A stretch of DNA of 41,266 bases from a virus, in IMG/VR virus record IMGVR_UViG_3300029746_000018; one strand, 5' to 3'. Shown one piece after another: positions 9,531 through 16,147 of the stretch. The position numbers were made by a program, and so were the translations under genes. A model generated the notes under the pieces. The model was not told the origin of the DNA and made no database searches. It was given only the letters and a program-made list of their open reading frames with translations. Every line of letters starts with the position of its first letter. The stretch's first letter is position 1.

Positions 9531-9756
9531 ATATGTGCGCGCGGTTGTGTTCATTTATCCGCGCGATAGTGTCGTTCCCCGTCTGCGTGGTAACGCGTCC
9601 TGCGCTCCGGGGTTGTTTGTTGCAGCCGTCATTCCCCCGATCGGTGACGCTGCGCTGTTCTATGTTATCCGCCCGCCTAGGGGTCGGCAATAACCGTTGC
9701 CCCCATTGCGGGGGCGTTGAAAGGAGGTCAAAAAACAATGAAAAACCTGTTTACCC
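9531..9756 (-). ncRNA. G+C-rich, highly structured RNA segment upstream of and probably co-transcribed with tRNA-Tyr (candidate ncRNA or leader)
   Basis: Several hand-paired stems, for example 9538..9565 (CGCGCGG/CCGCGCG) and 9699..9715 (GCCCCC/GGGGGC). No credible ORF. Bracketed by an extended -10 and the 9321..9347 terminator. Confidence 0.3.
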
Positions 9757-9762
9757 ACTACT

Positions 9763-9771
9763 ATTGTACCA
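9763..9771 (-). promoter_or_regulatory. extended -10 element TGgTACAAT (candidate promoter of the tRNA/ncRNA unit)
   Basis: Reverse complement of 9763..9771. The -35 is poor (ACGAAA). Confidence 0.25.
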
Positions 9772-9865
9772 CATTTCTATAGATTTTTCGTCCGCGGAAC
9801 GTCCGCATTTTTCAAGGGTTTGCGGGTTTTGCCGAAAAAAGTTTGAAAAAAATTTAAAAAATGGG

Positions 9866-9894
9866 TTGACATACACCGATTGCAGTGCTATGAT
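9866..9894 (+). promoter_or_regulatory. near-consensus sigma-70/SigA-type promoter
   Basis: TTGACA (9866..9871), a 17-nt spacer, then TGc-TATGAT (9889..9894). An A-rich UP-like tract lies upstream. Confidence 0.7.
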
Positions 9895-9947
9895 GTGGAT
9901 ACAACGAAAGAGCGGAACGCCACAAGGGCGATTGAAAGGAGAAAAAA

Positions 9948-9980
9948 ATGAAGAATTTTAAAGAGGGGGATTTTAGATAA
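9948..9980 (+). CDS. 10-codon upstream ORF (MKNFKEGDFR) coupled to the next gene
   Basis: AAAGGAG RBS 7 nt upstream. Its TAA overlaps the ATG of the next gene as TAATG. Confidence 0.3.
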   Translation: MKNFKEGDFR

Positions 9981-10558
9981 TGGGCAGAGCATCGCATGGT
10001 CAATCCGGAACAAGATTGTATTCTATATGGTCGAAAATGAGATCTAGATGCAACCGAAAAAAAGATCCTGCTTTTAGGTTCTACGGAGCGAAAGGAATCA
10101 AAGTCTGTGAAGAATGGGAGAATGACTTCCTTTCGTTCAAAGAATGGGCTGAACTCAATGGCTACACCGATAAACTAACAATAAACAGAATCGACAGCAA
10201 GAAAGGGTATTCGCCAGATAATTGCAGATGGCTAACACCAAGTGAAAACTCTGCGAGAGTGAAGTTTTCTAGGGATTCCGAAGCGTTTAGAAACGCCATT
10301 GAAAAAGGCTTAAACAACTGGTTCACTGAATACAGCGATCAAGCAGGCGTCAGCAAAAGAGTAGAACTAATAAACAAAATCATTTCAGAACTTCCGAATC
10401 TCGGAACCGGACAACTTGAATTAGTTTACACTCATATCGAATGGATAAAAGCACAAGCGGAAAGCACTAAAAGAAAGCGAGAAGCAGACAAAACAATCAA
10501 AACATATCAGGAGTATAAAAATGGCACAGAAATATACGGAAGCAAAGAAAATTGCTAA
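9980..10558 (+). CDS. AP2-like DNA-binding domain protein (putative regulator)
   Basis: The pattern TRLYSIWSKMRSRC..FYGAKGIKVCEEW..INRIDSKKGYSPDNCRWLT is the one I associate with phage AP2/HNH-associated DNA-binding domains. GGGGGA RBS. Confidence 0.4.
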   Translation: MGRASHGQSGTRLYSIWSKMRSRCNRKKDPAFRFYGAKGIKVCEEWENDFLSFKEWAELNGYTDKLTINRIDSKKGYSPDNCRWLTPSENSARVKFSRDSEAFRNAIEKGLNNWFTEYSDQAGVSKRVELINKIISELPNLGTGQLELVYTHIEWIKAQAESTKRKREADKTIKTYQEYKNGTEIYGSKENC

Positions 10559-10706
10559 CCGCAAATGGGATGCCGAAAACCTAACAGCAATAACAATCCG
10601 ACTGCCAAAAAAAATGGCGGTGGATTTCAAAACAAAATGTAAAAACGATGGCATATCACAAGCGGGCATTATAAAAGAGTATATCGAAGATTTTTTAGGG
10701 AGATAA
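10521..10706 (+). CDS. ribbon-helix-helix (Arc/CopG-like) protein
   Basis: 61 aa. The segment ITIRLPKKMAVDFKTKCKNDGISQAGIIKEYIEDFL fits a beta-strand plus two helices. AGGAG RBS. Confidence 0.45.
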   Translation: MAQKYTEAKKIANRKWDAENLTAITIRLPKKMAVDFKTKCKNDGISQAGIIKEYIEDFLGR

Positions 10707-10768
10707 CAATCCCTAAAAAATATATACACCGCTTGTAGTGTATGCCAACCAAGAAAGGAAGTACAACA

Positions 10769-11263
10769 ATGAGATTTTTTCAGAACATCAACACCATCGA
10801 AGAGTTAAAAAAACAGTATTTCGCATTAGCGAAGAAATACCACAGCGACATTACCGGCGGCAGTGATGACATCATGAAGCAGATTAACGCAGAATATGCG
10901 GACCTGCACAAGAAATATAAGGACATCCACACAAGCCACAAGCCGGAGCAGGAAACCTACACCGCGGCAGAATCTACAAGCGAATGCCCGGAGGACTTCA
11001 TCAACATCGTTTCCGCCCTGTTAAAAATGGGCTTGAACGTCGAGTTATGCGGTCGTTGGTTATGGATCAGCGGAGACACAAAGCCGCGTAAAGACGAACT
11101 GAAAGCCATCGGCTGCAAGTGGTCAGCTAAAAAATGTATGTGGTCATGGCACTATCCGGAGGACGGCAAGAGATACCACAAGAGAACGTCAAGCATGGAA
11201 GAGATCAGAGAAACATACGGAAGCGTCAGCTTCCAGTTTCAGCAGCAGATGCAATTAGCTTAA
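10769..11263 (+). CDS. J-domain-like protein with HSD in place of HPD
   Basis: IEELKKQYFALAKKYHSD..IMKQINAEYADL has J-domain helix II/III spacing. The start was moved to ATG 10769, which sits behind an AAAGGAAG RBS. Confidence 0.45.
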   Translation: MRFFQNINTIEELKKQYFALAKKYHSDITGGSDDIMKQINAEYADLHKKYKDIHTSHKPEQETYTAAESTSECPEDFINIVSALLKMGLNVELCGRWLWISGDTKPRKDELKAIGCKWSAKKCMWSWHYPEDGKRYHKRTSSMEEIRETYGSVSFQFQQQMQLA

Positions 11264-11327
11264 TAAACAGCCCCGCCGGGCGGGCAAAAGCCCGGCACTG
11301 ATGAGCAAGAGCGAAACGGAGGGAAAA

Positions 11328-11537
11328 ATGAAAAAGGTATTAAGCGCGATTACAGTAATTCTGATGGTTTTTACCATCGCATTAGTAAGCCATGTATGGA
11401 CGATGCACCATCTAAGCATCGAAACCGACGGCGACGGTGACAGCGCATTTATCACCTGCGCCGGTCTAACATGGTTCTATGGTATCAACGGCTATGCCAT
11501 AGATGCAGGCGGCGAAACTGTTGATTTCGTCAAATAA
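11328..11537 (+). CDS. small membrane protein
   Basis: 69 aa from ATG 11328, behind a GGAGGG RBS. One N-terminal TM helix (VLSAITVILMVFTIALV). Confidence 0.4.
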   Translation: MKKVLSAITVILMVFTIALVSHVWTMHHLSIETDGDGDSAFITCAGLTWFYGINGYAIDAGGETVDFVK

Positions 11538-11565
11538 AAAGCAAGGCATAACACCTTGCTTTTTT
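11537..11565. terminator. bidirectional intrinsic terminator between convergent operons
   Basis: AAAA-GCAAGG-CATAACA-CCTTGC-TTTTTT, placed between the stop at 11537 (+) and the stop at 11567 (-). Confidence 0.75.
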
Positions 11566-11566
11566 C

Positions 11567-11854
11567 TTATAACTCGTTTTTCAGTTCCTCAAGCCTTGCG
11601 ATCAGCCGGTCAATTTCTTCTGTGGTTTCAATCTTTACGCTTTTTCTCCCGTCCGCAAAGCCTGCTTCATACTGCTGCCGATCGTACTCCAACGCCTTTA
11701 TCAGTTCGTCTTTTTCGACATAGATGCCATATTTTCTGACAAATGAATAGACATCGTTTTCGATCTGTTCTTTTTGCTTGTCTATTCCGTCATAAATGAT
11801 TCTAATTGGTGACTCATAGCCTAGTTTTTTGAACACTTCTCCTATTCTGTCCAT
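11567..11854 (-). CDS. hypothetical protein
   Basis: 95 aa. Last gene of the early operon. No motif recognised. Confidence 0.5.
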   Translation of the reverse strand: MDRIGEVFKKLGYESPIRIIYDGIDKQKEQIENDVYSFVRKYGIYVEKDELIKALEYDRQQYEAGFADGRKSVKIETTEEIDRLIARLEELKNEL

Positions 11855-11855
11855 T

Positions 11856-12284
11856 TTATCCCCTTTCTATGCCCTTGTAATCGGCGATTTTACGGAGTTT
11901 TTTTCTAAGCTTGCTCAATCGGTCATAGGTTGCAGTTCTGTCGTATCCTAAGGCGCTTTTGAGGTCTTCGAAGTTCTTCGCTCCCTTCTGCTGCGCGATG
12001 TACTGGATCATCAACAGTTCGTCTGCATCTAAAGCAGATGTCAGATTTTTATATGCGTTCAGATATTCTTGGTATTCCCTTATTTCCCAGTCGATTTTTT
12101 CCCTGCGCTGCGCTTTTTGCACTGTCGGGTCCGATATTCCGCTTCCGCGAACATGGGAATAGTCCATGCCGCCGGAATCGGCTGCAGCTTCTTTTTCTGC
12201 GATCAGTTCCGCCAGTATTCTGACGTTTTTGTCATAGTCTGATAGGAACCGGTCAACGTCGAAGTTATAGTATTTTTCTACCAT
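11856..12284 (-). CDS. ArpU/RinA/DUF1492-type sigma-region-4-like late-gene activator (putative)
   Basis: SGISDPT..(coil)..LDADELLMIQY..LKSALGYDRTATYDRLSKLRKKL matches the pattern of phage late activators. Start moved to ATG 12284, which sits behind an AGGAG RBS. Confidence 0.5.
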   Translation of the reverse strand: MVEKYYNFDVDRFLSDYDKNVRILAELIAEKEAAADSGGMDYSHVRGSGISDPTVQKAQRREKIDWEIREYQEYLNAYKNLTSALDADELLMIQYIAQQKGAKNFEDLKSALGYDRTATYDRLSKLRKKLRKIADYKGIERG

Positions 12285-12564
12285 GATTTTTCTCCTCATA
12301 TTGCGCTTCAAACATATGCATCATATCACAAAATCCTTGTGTGATGTCTGCTATGTCGTATTCGTAATATACGAGTTTTTTCGGATATGAAAGCGTAACA
12401 GCAGCTCCATCTTTTTTGATTACTAAAAATATTAAATGTGCGTGTTCATCATCGACAAAACGTGTTTCTATTTCCTTTTTTTTGCAATCTGATATAAAGT
12501 CATTTATCGCATTGTAGAACCGTTTTTCCGTTTTGTCACATTTTTTGCGATATTTTCTACCCAT
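12265..12564 (-). CDS. hypothetical protein
   Basis: 99-aa ORF packed stop-to-start with its neighbours. Confidence 0.5.
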   Translation of the reverse strand: MGRKYRKKCDKTEKRFYNAINDFISDCKKKEIETRFVDDEHAHLIFLVIKKDGAAVTLSYPKKLVYYEYDIADITQGFCDMMHMFEAQYEEKNHGRKIL

Positions 12565-12565
12565 A

Positions 12566-12754
12566 TCAATCCTTTCTACCGGATAATCGGTGATATCGTT
12601 CGCGGCTGTAAGCAGTAGCTAGACCACGTGCTATGTTTGCCTTATATTCAGCCTCTTTTTTGCGTTCTTTTTCTACTGTGAAAATCATGTAATCATCGCA
12701 GGACGAATGGCAGCCTATTTCCCTGCGTTCGCATCCGTAGCATGGTACATTCAT
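12566..12754 (-). CDS. small Cys-rich protein
   Basis: 62 aa from ATG 12754 (ATGA overlap, GGTGA RBS). Contains the CYGCERREIGCHSSC cluster. Confidence 0.5.
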   Translation of the reverse strand: MNVPCYGCERREIGCHSSCDDYMIFTVEKERKKEAEYKANIARGLATAYSRERYHRLSGRKD

Positions 12755-13044
12755 TTCATCACCGCCTTGTCGCACATAGCCGCCACTTGAATAGCTTCGG
12801 CAGCAGCATGCAGTGCATGATATTTAATTGTGGTCATGGTAGATTCTATTTCATCGTTATATCTGATTTTTTCCCACATCTTGGCAATCCACAAAGACAT
12901 GCCGGACACTTCCTCGGAACATTCCTCGAATTCCTCCAAAATCACCGCATAGGCTTCGTGGTATGAATGAAACAGTGGATTTTTCTCATTTGCTTCTTTC
13001 AGTTCTTCGTCTGCTAACGCTTGGATTTTTGATAATTCAGTCAT
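12751..13044 (-). CDS. MazG-like all-alpha NTP pyrophosphohydrolase-like protein
   Basis: FHSYHEAYAVILEEFEEC..EAIQVAAMCDK resembles the MazG-type EEXXE helix pattern. Start at ATG 13044, behind an AAGGA RBS. Confidence 0.4.
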   Translation of the reverse strand: MTELSKIQALADEELKEANEKNPLFHSYHEAYAVILEEFEECSEEVSGMSLWIAKMWEKIRYNDEIESTMTTIKYHALHAAAEAIQVAAMCDKAVMK

Positions 13045-13444
13045 CGATTTTCCTTTCAACTAGTTCCATAATGCAATAATTCGCAAGGTCTAACAATGTA
13101 TCGTCAATGGATTCATCAACGTGCTGTTTACCTCCGTTCATTAATGTCTCTAGGCGGTTTAATTTGTCGTTCAAGCGGATTAAAATTGCGTTTGGATATT
13201 TCCCTCGTACCAGTGCAAAACTATCGCCGTAATCAGCATTTTTTGCTTTGTAGGTTTCATGTAGCATCTGACAAATGTCGGCATGGATATCTTCCTTGAT
13301 CGGATCCGACCCAAGCGTTTTTGCATACTCTGAAAACTCTTCTTCGTCCATCGCGTTGATTCTCTTTATTTCTTCATTCAATTCTTCCTCATTCAGCACG
13401 GATCCCAAAAGTTCCCGGACCCAAATTCTTGCAATAAAGCTCAT
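13037..13444 (-). CDS. DUF1599-like (nucleotide-modification-associated, MazG-fold) protein
   Basis: YKAKNADYGDSFALVRGKYPNAILIRLNDKLNRLETL matches the KN.DYGDSF...IRL.DK..RL signature as I remember it. Confidence 0.45.
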   Translation of the reverse strand: MSFIARIWVRELLGSVLNEEELNEEIKRINAMDEEEFSEYAKTLGSDPIKEDIHADICQMLHETYKAKNADYGDSFALVRGKYPNAILIRLNDKLNRLETLMNGGKQHVDESIDDTLLDLANYCIMELVERKIDD

Positions 13445-13743
13445 TATTCCTCACTCCAATCTATAGCCTGCCCGCAGTTTGGGCAGTATTTATGCGTGTC
13501 TGTTCCCACCTCGTAGTCTGTATCGCAGTTCGGACAAATCCATGTGTCGTAAACTAATTCCCCTCTCCAATATCCATCGCCCTCGAATAGCGGTTTCTTC
13601 GGAATTTGCTTTTCCAGCGCTTCTAGTGCCATTTGCACAGCACATGGTTTTTCGTCCGTATGTTTACAAATGCCATCCATGCACCCTAATATGTTATAGC
13701 AAATATTGCTACTAATGATTTCTATTGCTTCCTCATAAGTCAT
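13444..13743 (-). CDS. small Cys-rich zinc-ribbon protein
   Basis: 99 aa. The C-terminal CPNCDTDYEV..YCPNCGQ has two CxxC pairs. ATGA overlap with the upstream gene. Confidence 0.55.
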   Translation of the reverse strand: MTYEEAIEIISSNICYNILGCMDGICKHTDEKPCAVQMALEALEKQIPKKPLFEGDGYWRGELVYDTWICPNCDTDYEVGTDTHKYCPNCGQAIDWSEE

Positions 13744-14018
13744 TCCTGCTCACCTGCCTTTACAAAAAACGGGCAATGATGCCAGCAGACGCATTTATTG
13801 TCATCGTATATTTCCACCAGAACATTTGGAAATAACTTTATATTGAATCTGGCACATTCCATCCCATCCTCTATCGGGCATCCACCGTTTTCAAGCAATT
13901 CTGGGAATCCATCGTTTTTTCGCTCAATATGATGGATGCATCCGTTATCACAATAGCTATACCTAAATATTTCATACTCTGTTCCGTTGCTGAATGGCTT
14001 TGCTCTTTTATACGTCAT
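13740..14018 (-). CDS. small Cys/His-rich protein
   Basis: 92 aa with 8 Cys. Starts within the conserved junction motif. Confidence 0.5.
   Translation of the reverse strand: MTYKRAKPFSNGTEYEIFRYSYCDNGCIHHIERKNDGFPELLENGGCPIEDGMECARFNIKLFPNVLVEIYDDNKCVCWHHCPFFVKAGEQE
13741..13755 (-). repeat. conserved gene-junction motif AGGTGAGCAGGAATG (copy 1 of 4)
   Basis: cattcctgctcacct on the plus strand. It contains the ATG of the 99-aa gene. Confidence 0.8.
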
Positions 14019-14377
14019 TCCTGCTCACCTTCTTTCTCAAAATAAAAGCATACCTTGTGCGGTTTCGGTTCAATTAACTCATAATCCAGTGCCACCCTGT
14101 AGATATAGATGTCACGTTCCAGTTTCTCTGGTATTTGTTCAATCATCTTTCGCCAGCCTTCAAGACTATTTGCTCGCTTATAATGATTGCATCTGCGGCA
14201 GGCGGGCATCAGATTATCAAAATCATTCGTACCCTTTTCGCGATAGCCCTCTAACGGTATCAAGTGGTCTACTTGCATGTCCTTGTAAGCAATCTTCTTA
14301 CCACAGTAGGCGCAGCGTCCGTGATATTTCAAGTGGACTTGTTCTCGTTCAGATTTTTTAATGGTTTTACGGTTCAT
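14015..14377 (-). CDS. HNH endonuclease
   Basis: CAYCGKK..VDHLIPLE..DNLMPACRRCNHYK is a canonical HNH/zinc-finger layout. Confidence 0.8.
   Translation of the reverse strand: MNRKTIKKSEREQVHLKYHGRCAYCGKKIAYKDMQVDHLIPLEGYREKGTNDFDNLMPACRRCNHYKRANSLEGWRKMIEQIPEKLERDIYIYRVALDYELIEPKPHKVCFYFEKEGEQE
14016..14030 (-). repeat. conserved gene-junction motif (copy 2 of 4)
   Basis: cattcctgctcacct, containing the ATG of the 92-aa gene. Confidence 0.8.
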
Positions 14378-14787
14378 TCCTGCGCACCTTTCTTCTTGAA
14401 AACTATGTCATTGAACTTGTTTATGTTCAATCGAAAACAATCGTCCTCTTCAAATCCGCTGCATTCATTTTCATAGCCGTCAAAGCCATGATCGCAGTCC
14501 TCTATGCACATACCACATACAGAATCGTCAACGTGTTCTTCTCTTATCTGTTTACACGTTTCTTCATACAGATCCCTGCAATTTCCGATAACATCTAATA
14601 GCCGCAGCCTTGAATTGTTATTATCGTCTGCCAGTTTTATTTGAAATTCTAACTGGCTTCGCAGTTCTTTGATTTCAGCTGCCGCTTCTAACATCAGTTT
14701 ACTTTCTGTGCTTCCTCGCGGTATGCCGCCTTTTTCAAGAAGGCGTACATAATCTTCCAGCAGTTCCGTTATGTCAATCGTTTTCAT
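14374..14787 (-). CDS. hypothetical acidic Cys-containing protein
   Basis: 137 aa. ATGA overlaps at both ends. Confidence 0.5.
   Translation of the reverse strand: MKTIDITELLEDYVRLLEKGGIPRGSTESKLMLEAAAEIKELRSQLEFQIKLADDNNNSRLRLLDVIGNCRDLYEETCKQIREEHVDDSVCGMCIEDCDHGFDGYENECSGFEEDDCFRLNINKFNDIVFKKKGAQE
14375..14389 (-). repeat. conserved gene-junction motif (copy 3 of 4, one mismatch)
   Basis: cattcctgcgcacct, containing the ATG of the HNH gene. Confidence 0.75.
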
Positions 14788-15020
14788 ACATCTACCTCGT
14801 TATTGAGCCATTCTTCTTTGCAGGCATAGCAAGTATCTCTGCCAATGTCGTGATTTTTACAATGACATCTTTTATCACCTTCATAATAAGGGCAAGCGAT
14901 ATTGTAATATACCATTGCTTCATATGATGCACCGTCGTCATCACTACTTACGCGCTTGGAATCTGCTTCGTTTCCCAATCCGTCCAGCAGTAGATAGATT
15001 ATGTATGCTCTGTTCGTCAT
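14784..15020 (-). CDS. small Cys-rich protein
   Basis: 78 aa. Contains the CPYYEGDKRCHCKNH..CYAC cluster. Confidence 0.5.
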   Translation of the reverse strand: MTNRAYIIYLLLDGLGNEADSKRVSSDDDGASYEAMVYYNIACPYYEGDKRCHCKNHDIGRDTCYACKEEWLNNEVDV

Positions 15021-15032
15021 TCCTGCTCACCT
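15018..15032 (-). repeat. conserved gene-junction motif (copy 4 of 4, here intergenic)
   Basis: cattcctgctcacct, containing the ATG of the 78-aa gene. Unlike copies 1-3, it lies outside the upstream ORF. Confidence 0.8.
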
Positions 15033-15040
15033 ACCAATCA

Positions 15041-15448
15041 TTATACATCTGCTAGTTTTGCATATTTCCAAATTTCTTTATTACTCACAAGATAAGCACC
15101 ATCATAATTAATGCTCCAACTCGTACGACCACCTCGCCATGTCCAAACTTGATTATCGTTGTTGTCATATTTAGCAAAATAACTGCGATACCAACGTTCA
15201 TTATCGTCTGATACCAAAATTGGTGTGTCAACAGCCACTTTCGACCAGTCAACTTCTGGTTCGATGTATTCAGCGTCAGCCCATGCCATAGATTTTTTTG
15301 TACAACTGTCATAAGTGCCAAATAAACATCCACCACACACGATATCGGCGCAAGGAATGATTTCATTCGTGTCTTTTTTGACCGCCACTTTTTGTCCAAT
15401 TCTTGTGAATTTTTCAATTTGTTTCTTGTAGTGTTCATAATTCGTCAT
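15041..15448 (-). CDS. hypothetical protein with CxxxxCGGC cluster
   Basis: 135 aa with a GGAGGTGA RBS. The alternative-frame track ORF 15085..15438 was rejected. Confidence 0.5.
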   Translation of the reverse strand: MTNYEHYKKQIEKFTRIGQKVAVKKDTNEIIPCADIVCGGCLFGTYDSCTKKSMAWADAEYIEPEVDWSKVAVDTPILVSDDNERWYRSYFAKYDNNDNQVWTWRGGRTSWSINYDGAYLVSNKEIWKYAKLADV

Positions 15449-15587
15449 CTGCCATCACCTCCAAAGGACCCTCGTCATGTAATCTTTTGCACCGCTCGCA
15501 TTCCTCGTAGCTGTTCCCTCTTTTGCAGAATTCGCACTGCGGCGGATCGTACTCATCGAATTTCTCTTTATCACTCCACCAACTCAT
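15435..15587 (-). CDS. 50-aa zinc-ribbon-like protein (below the ORF-track cutoff)
   Basis: My translation is MSWWSDKEKFDEYDPPQCEFCKRGNSYEECERCKRLHDEGPLEVMADDEL. It fills an otherwise empty gap and has two CxxC pairs. Confidence 0.4.
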   Translation of the reverse strand: MSWWSDKEKFDEYDPPQCEFCKRGNSYEECERCKRLHDEGPLEVMADDEL

Positions 15588-15588
15588 T

Positions 15589-15858
15589 TCATACTCCTTT
15601 CATTTTCTTGTAAATCATGGCTTTGTACTGTCCGTAACTCATGCCCATATCACGCGCTTTTTGGACGGTTTCAGCGAGGGTTTCTTTTACTTCTGTTATC
15701 TCGGCTGCTATCTCGGCTTCTGCCTTTTTTCGTCTATACCGTTCCGCCTCTTCTTTGCTCTTTATGATGTTCCGGCACTCCGTAGAACAGAAACGACCGT
15801 TTTTTCTGTCTGATATATATTCCTTTCCGCAGCATGCGCATGTTTTGTTATACTTCAT
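15589..15858 (-). CDS. small zinc-finger protein with basic coiled C-terminus
   Basis: Track ORF trimmed to MKYNKTCACCGKEY..CSTEC (ATG 15858, AGAGG RBS). Confidence 0.5.
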   Translation of the reverse strand: MKYNKTCACCGKEYISDRKNGRFCSTECRNIIKSKEEAERYRRKKAEAEIAAEITEVKETLAETVQKARDMGMSYGQYKAMIYKKMKGV

Positions 15859-16147
15859 TGTTTCTAAACCTCTGCCCGCAGAGCGGGCAAAACACAAAAT
15901 CTTCTGCCACCATCTCCGACCGGAAAGCCTGCCCGCATCTTGCACATTCAAAATAGTGTCCGTCCTCGTCTATGTTTACAGGCTCCATCGGCACTTGGTA
16001 CTGCATCAACTTATCAGCGTACTTGAACATGTACTGAATCTCGTACTTTGTAGCCGTATCCCCGCCTCGCTTGAGGCTTATCTTTCTGATTTCATCAAAC
16101 CATTTCATTGCCTTTTGCGGTGTCAAATCATTCTTTTTCGGTGTCAT
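15848..16147 (-). CDS. small zinc-ribbon protein
   Basis: 99 aa. Contains CARCGQ..(16 aa)..CPLCGQ. Confidence 0.5.
   Translation of the reverse strand: MTPKKNDLTPQKAMKWFDEIRKISLKRGGDTATKYEIQYMFKYADKLMQYQVPMEPVNIDEDGHYFECARCGQAFRSEMVAEDFVFCPLCGQRFRNNEV

Noticed and set aside
9531-9756. A second tRNA or a tmRNA in the G+C-rich segment upstream of tRNA-Tyr
   Set aside because: I could not find a second T-loop (GTTCGAATC-like) or a cloverleaf. There is no tRNA-Ala-like acceptor plus tag ORF. The region is treated as unclassified structured RNA.
8903-9961. Track ORFs of 72-142 aa in the large intergenic island (8903..9121, 9045..9275, 9391..9693, 9472..9738, 9533..9961)
   Set aside because: None has a Shine-Dalgarno sequence. 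Their composition is Cys/Arg/Pro-rich, as expected from translating G+C-rich structured RNA. They overlap each other, and several also overlap the tRNA-Tyr gene.
11268-11300. GC hairpin GCCGGGC-N8-GCCCGGC after the J-like gene as a terminator
   Set aside because: No U tract follows, and the next gene starts 28 nt later in the same orientation. It is more likely an intercistronic stem than a terminator.
15085-15438. 117-aa minus-strand ORF in an alternative frame of the 135-aa gene
   Set aside because: It lies entirely within 15041..15448, which has a GGAGGTGA RBS and fits the stop-start packing of its neighbours. The alternative frame has neither.
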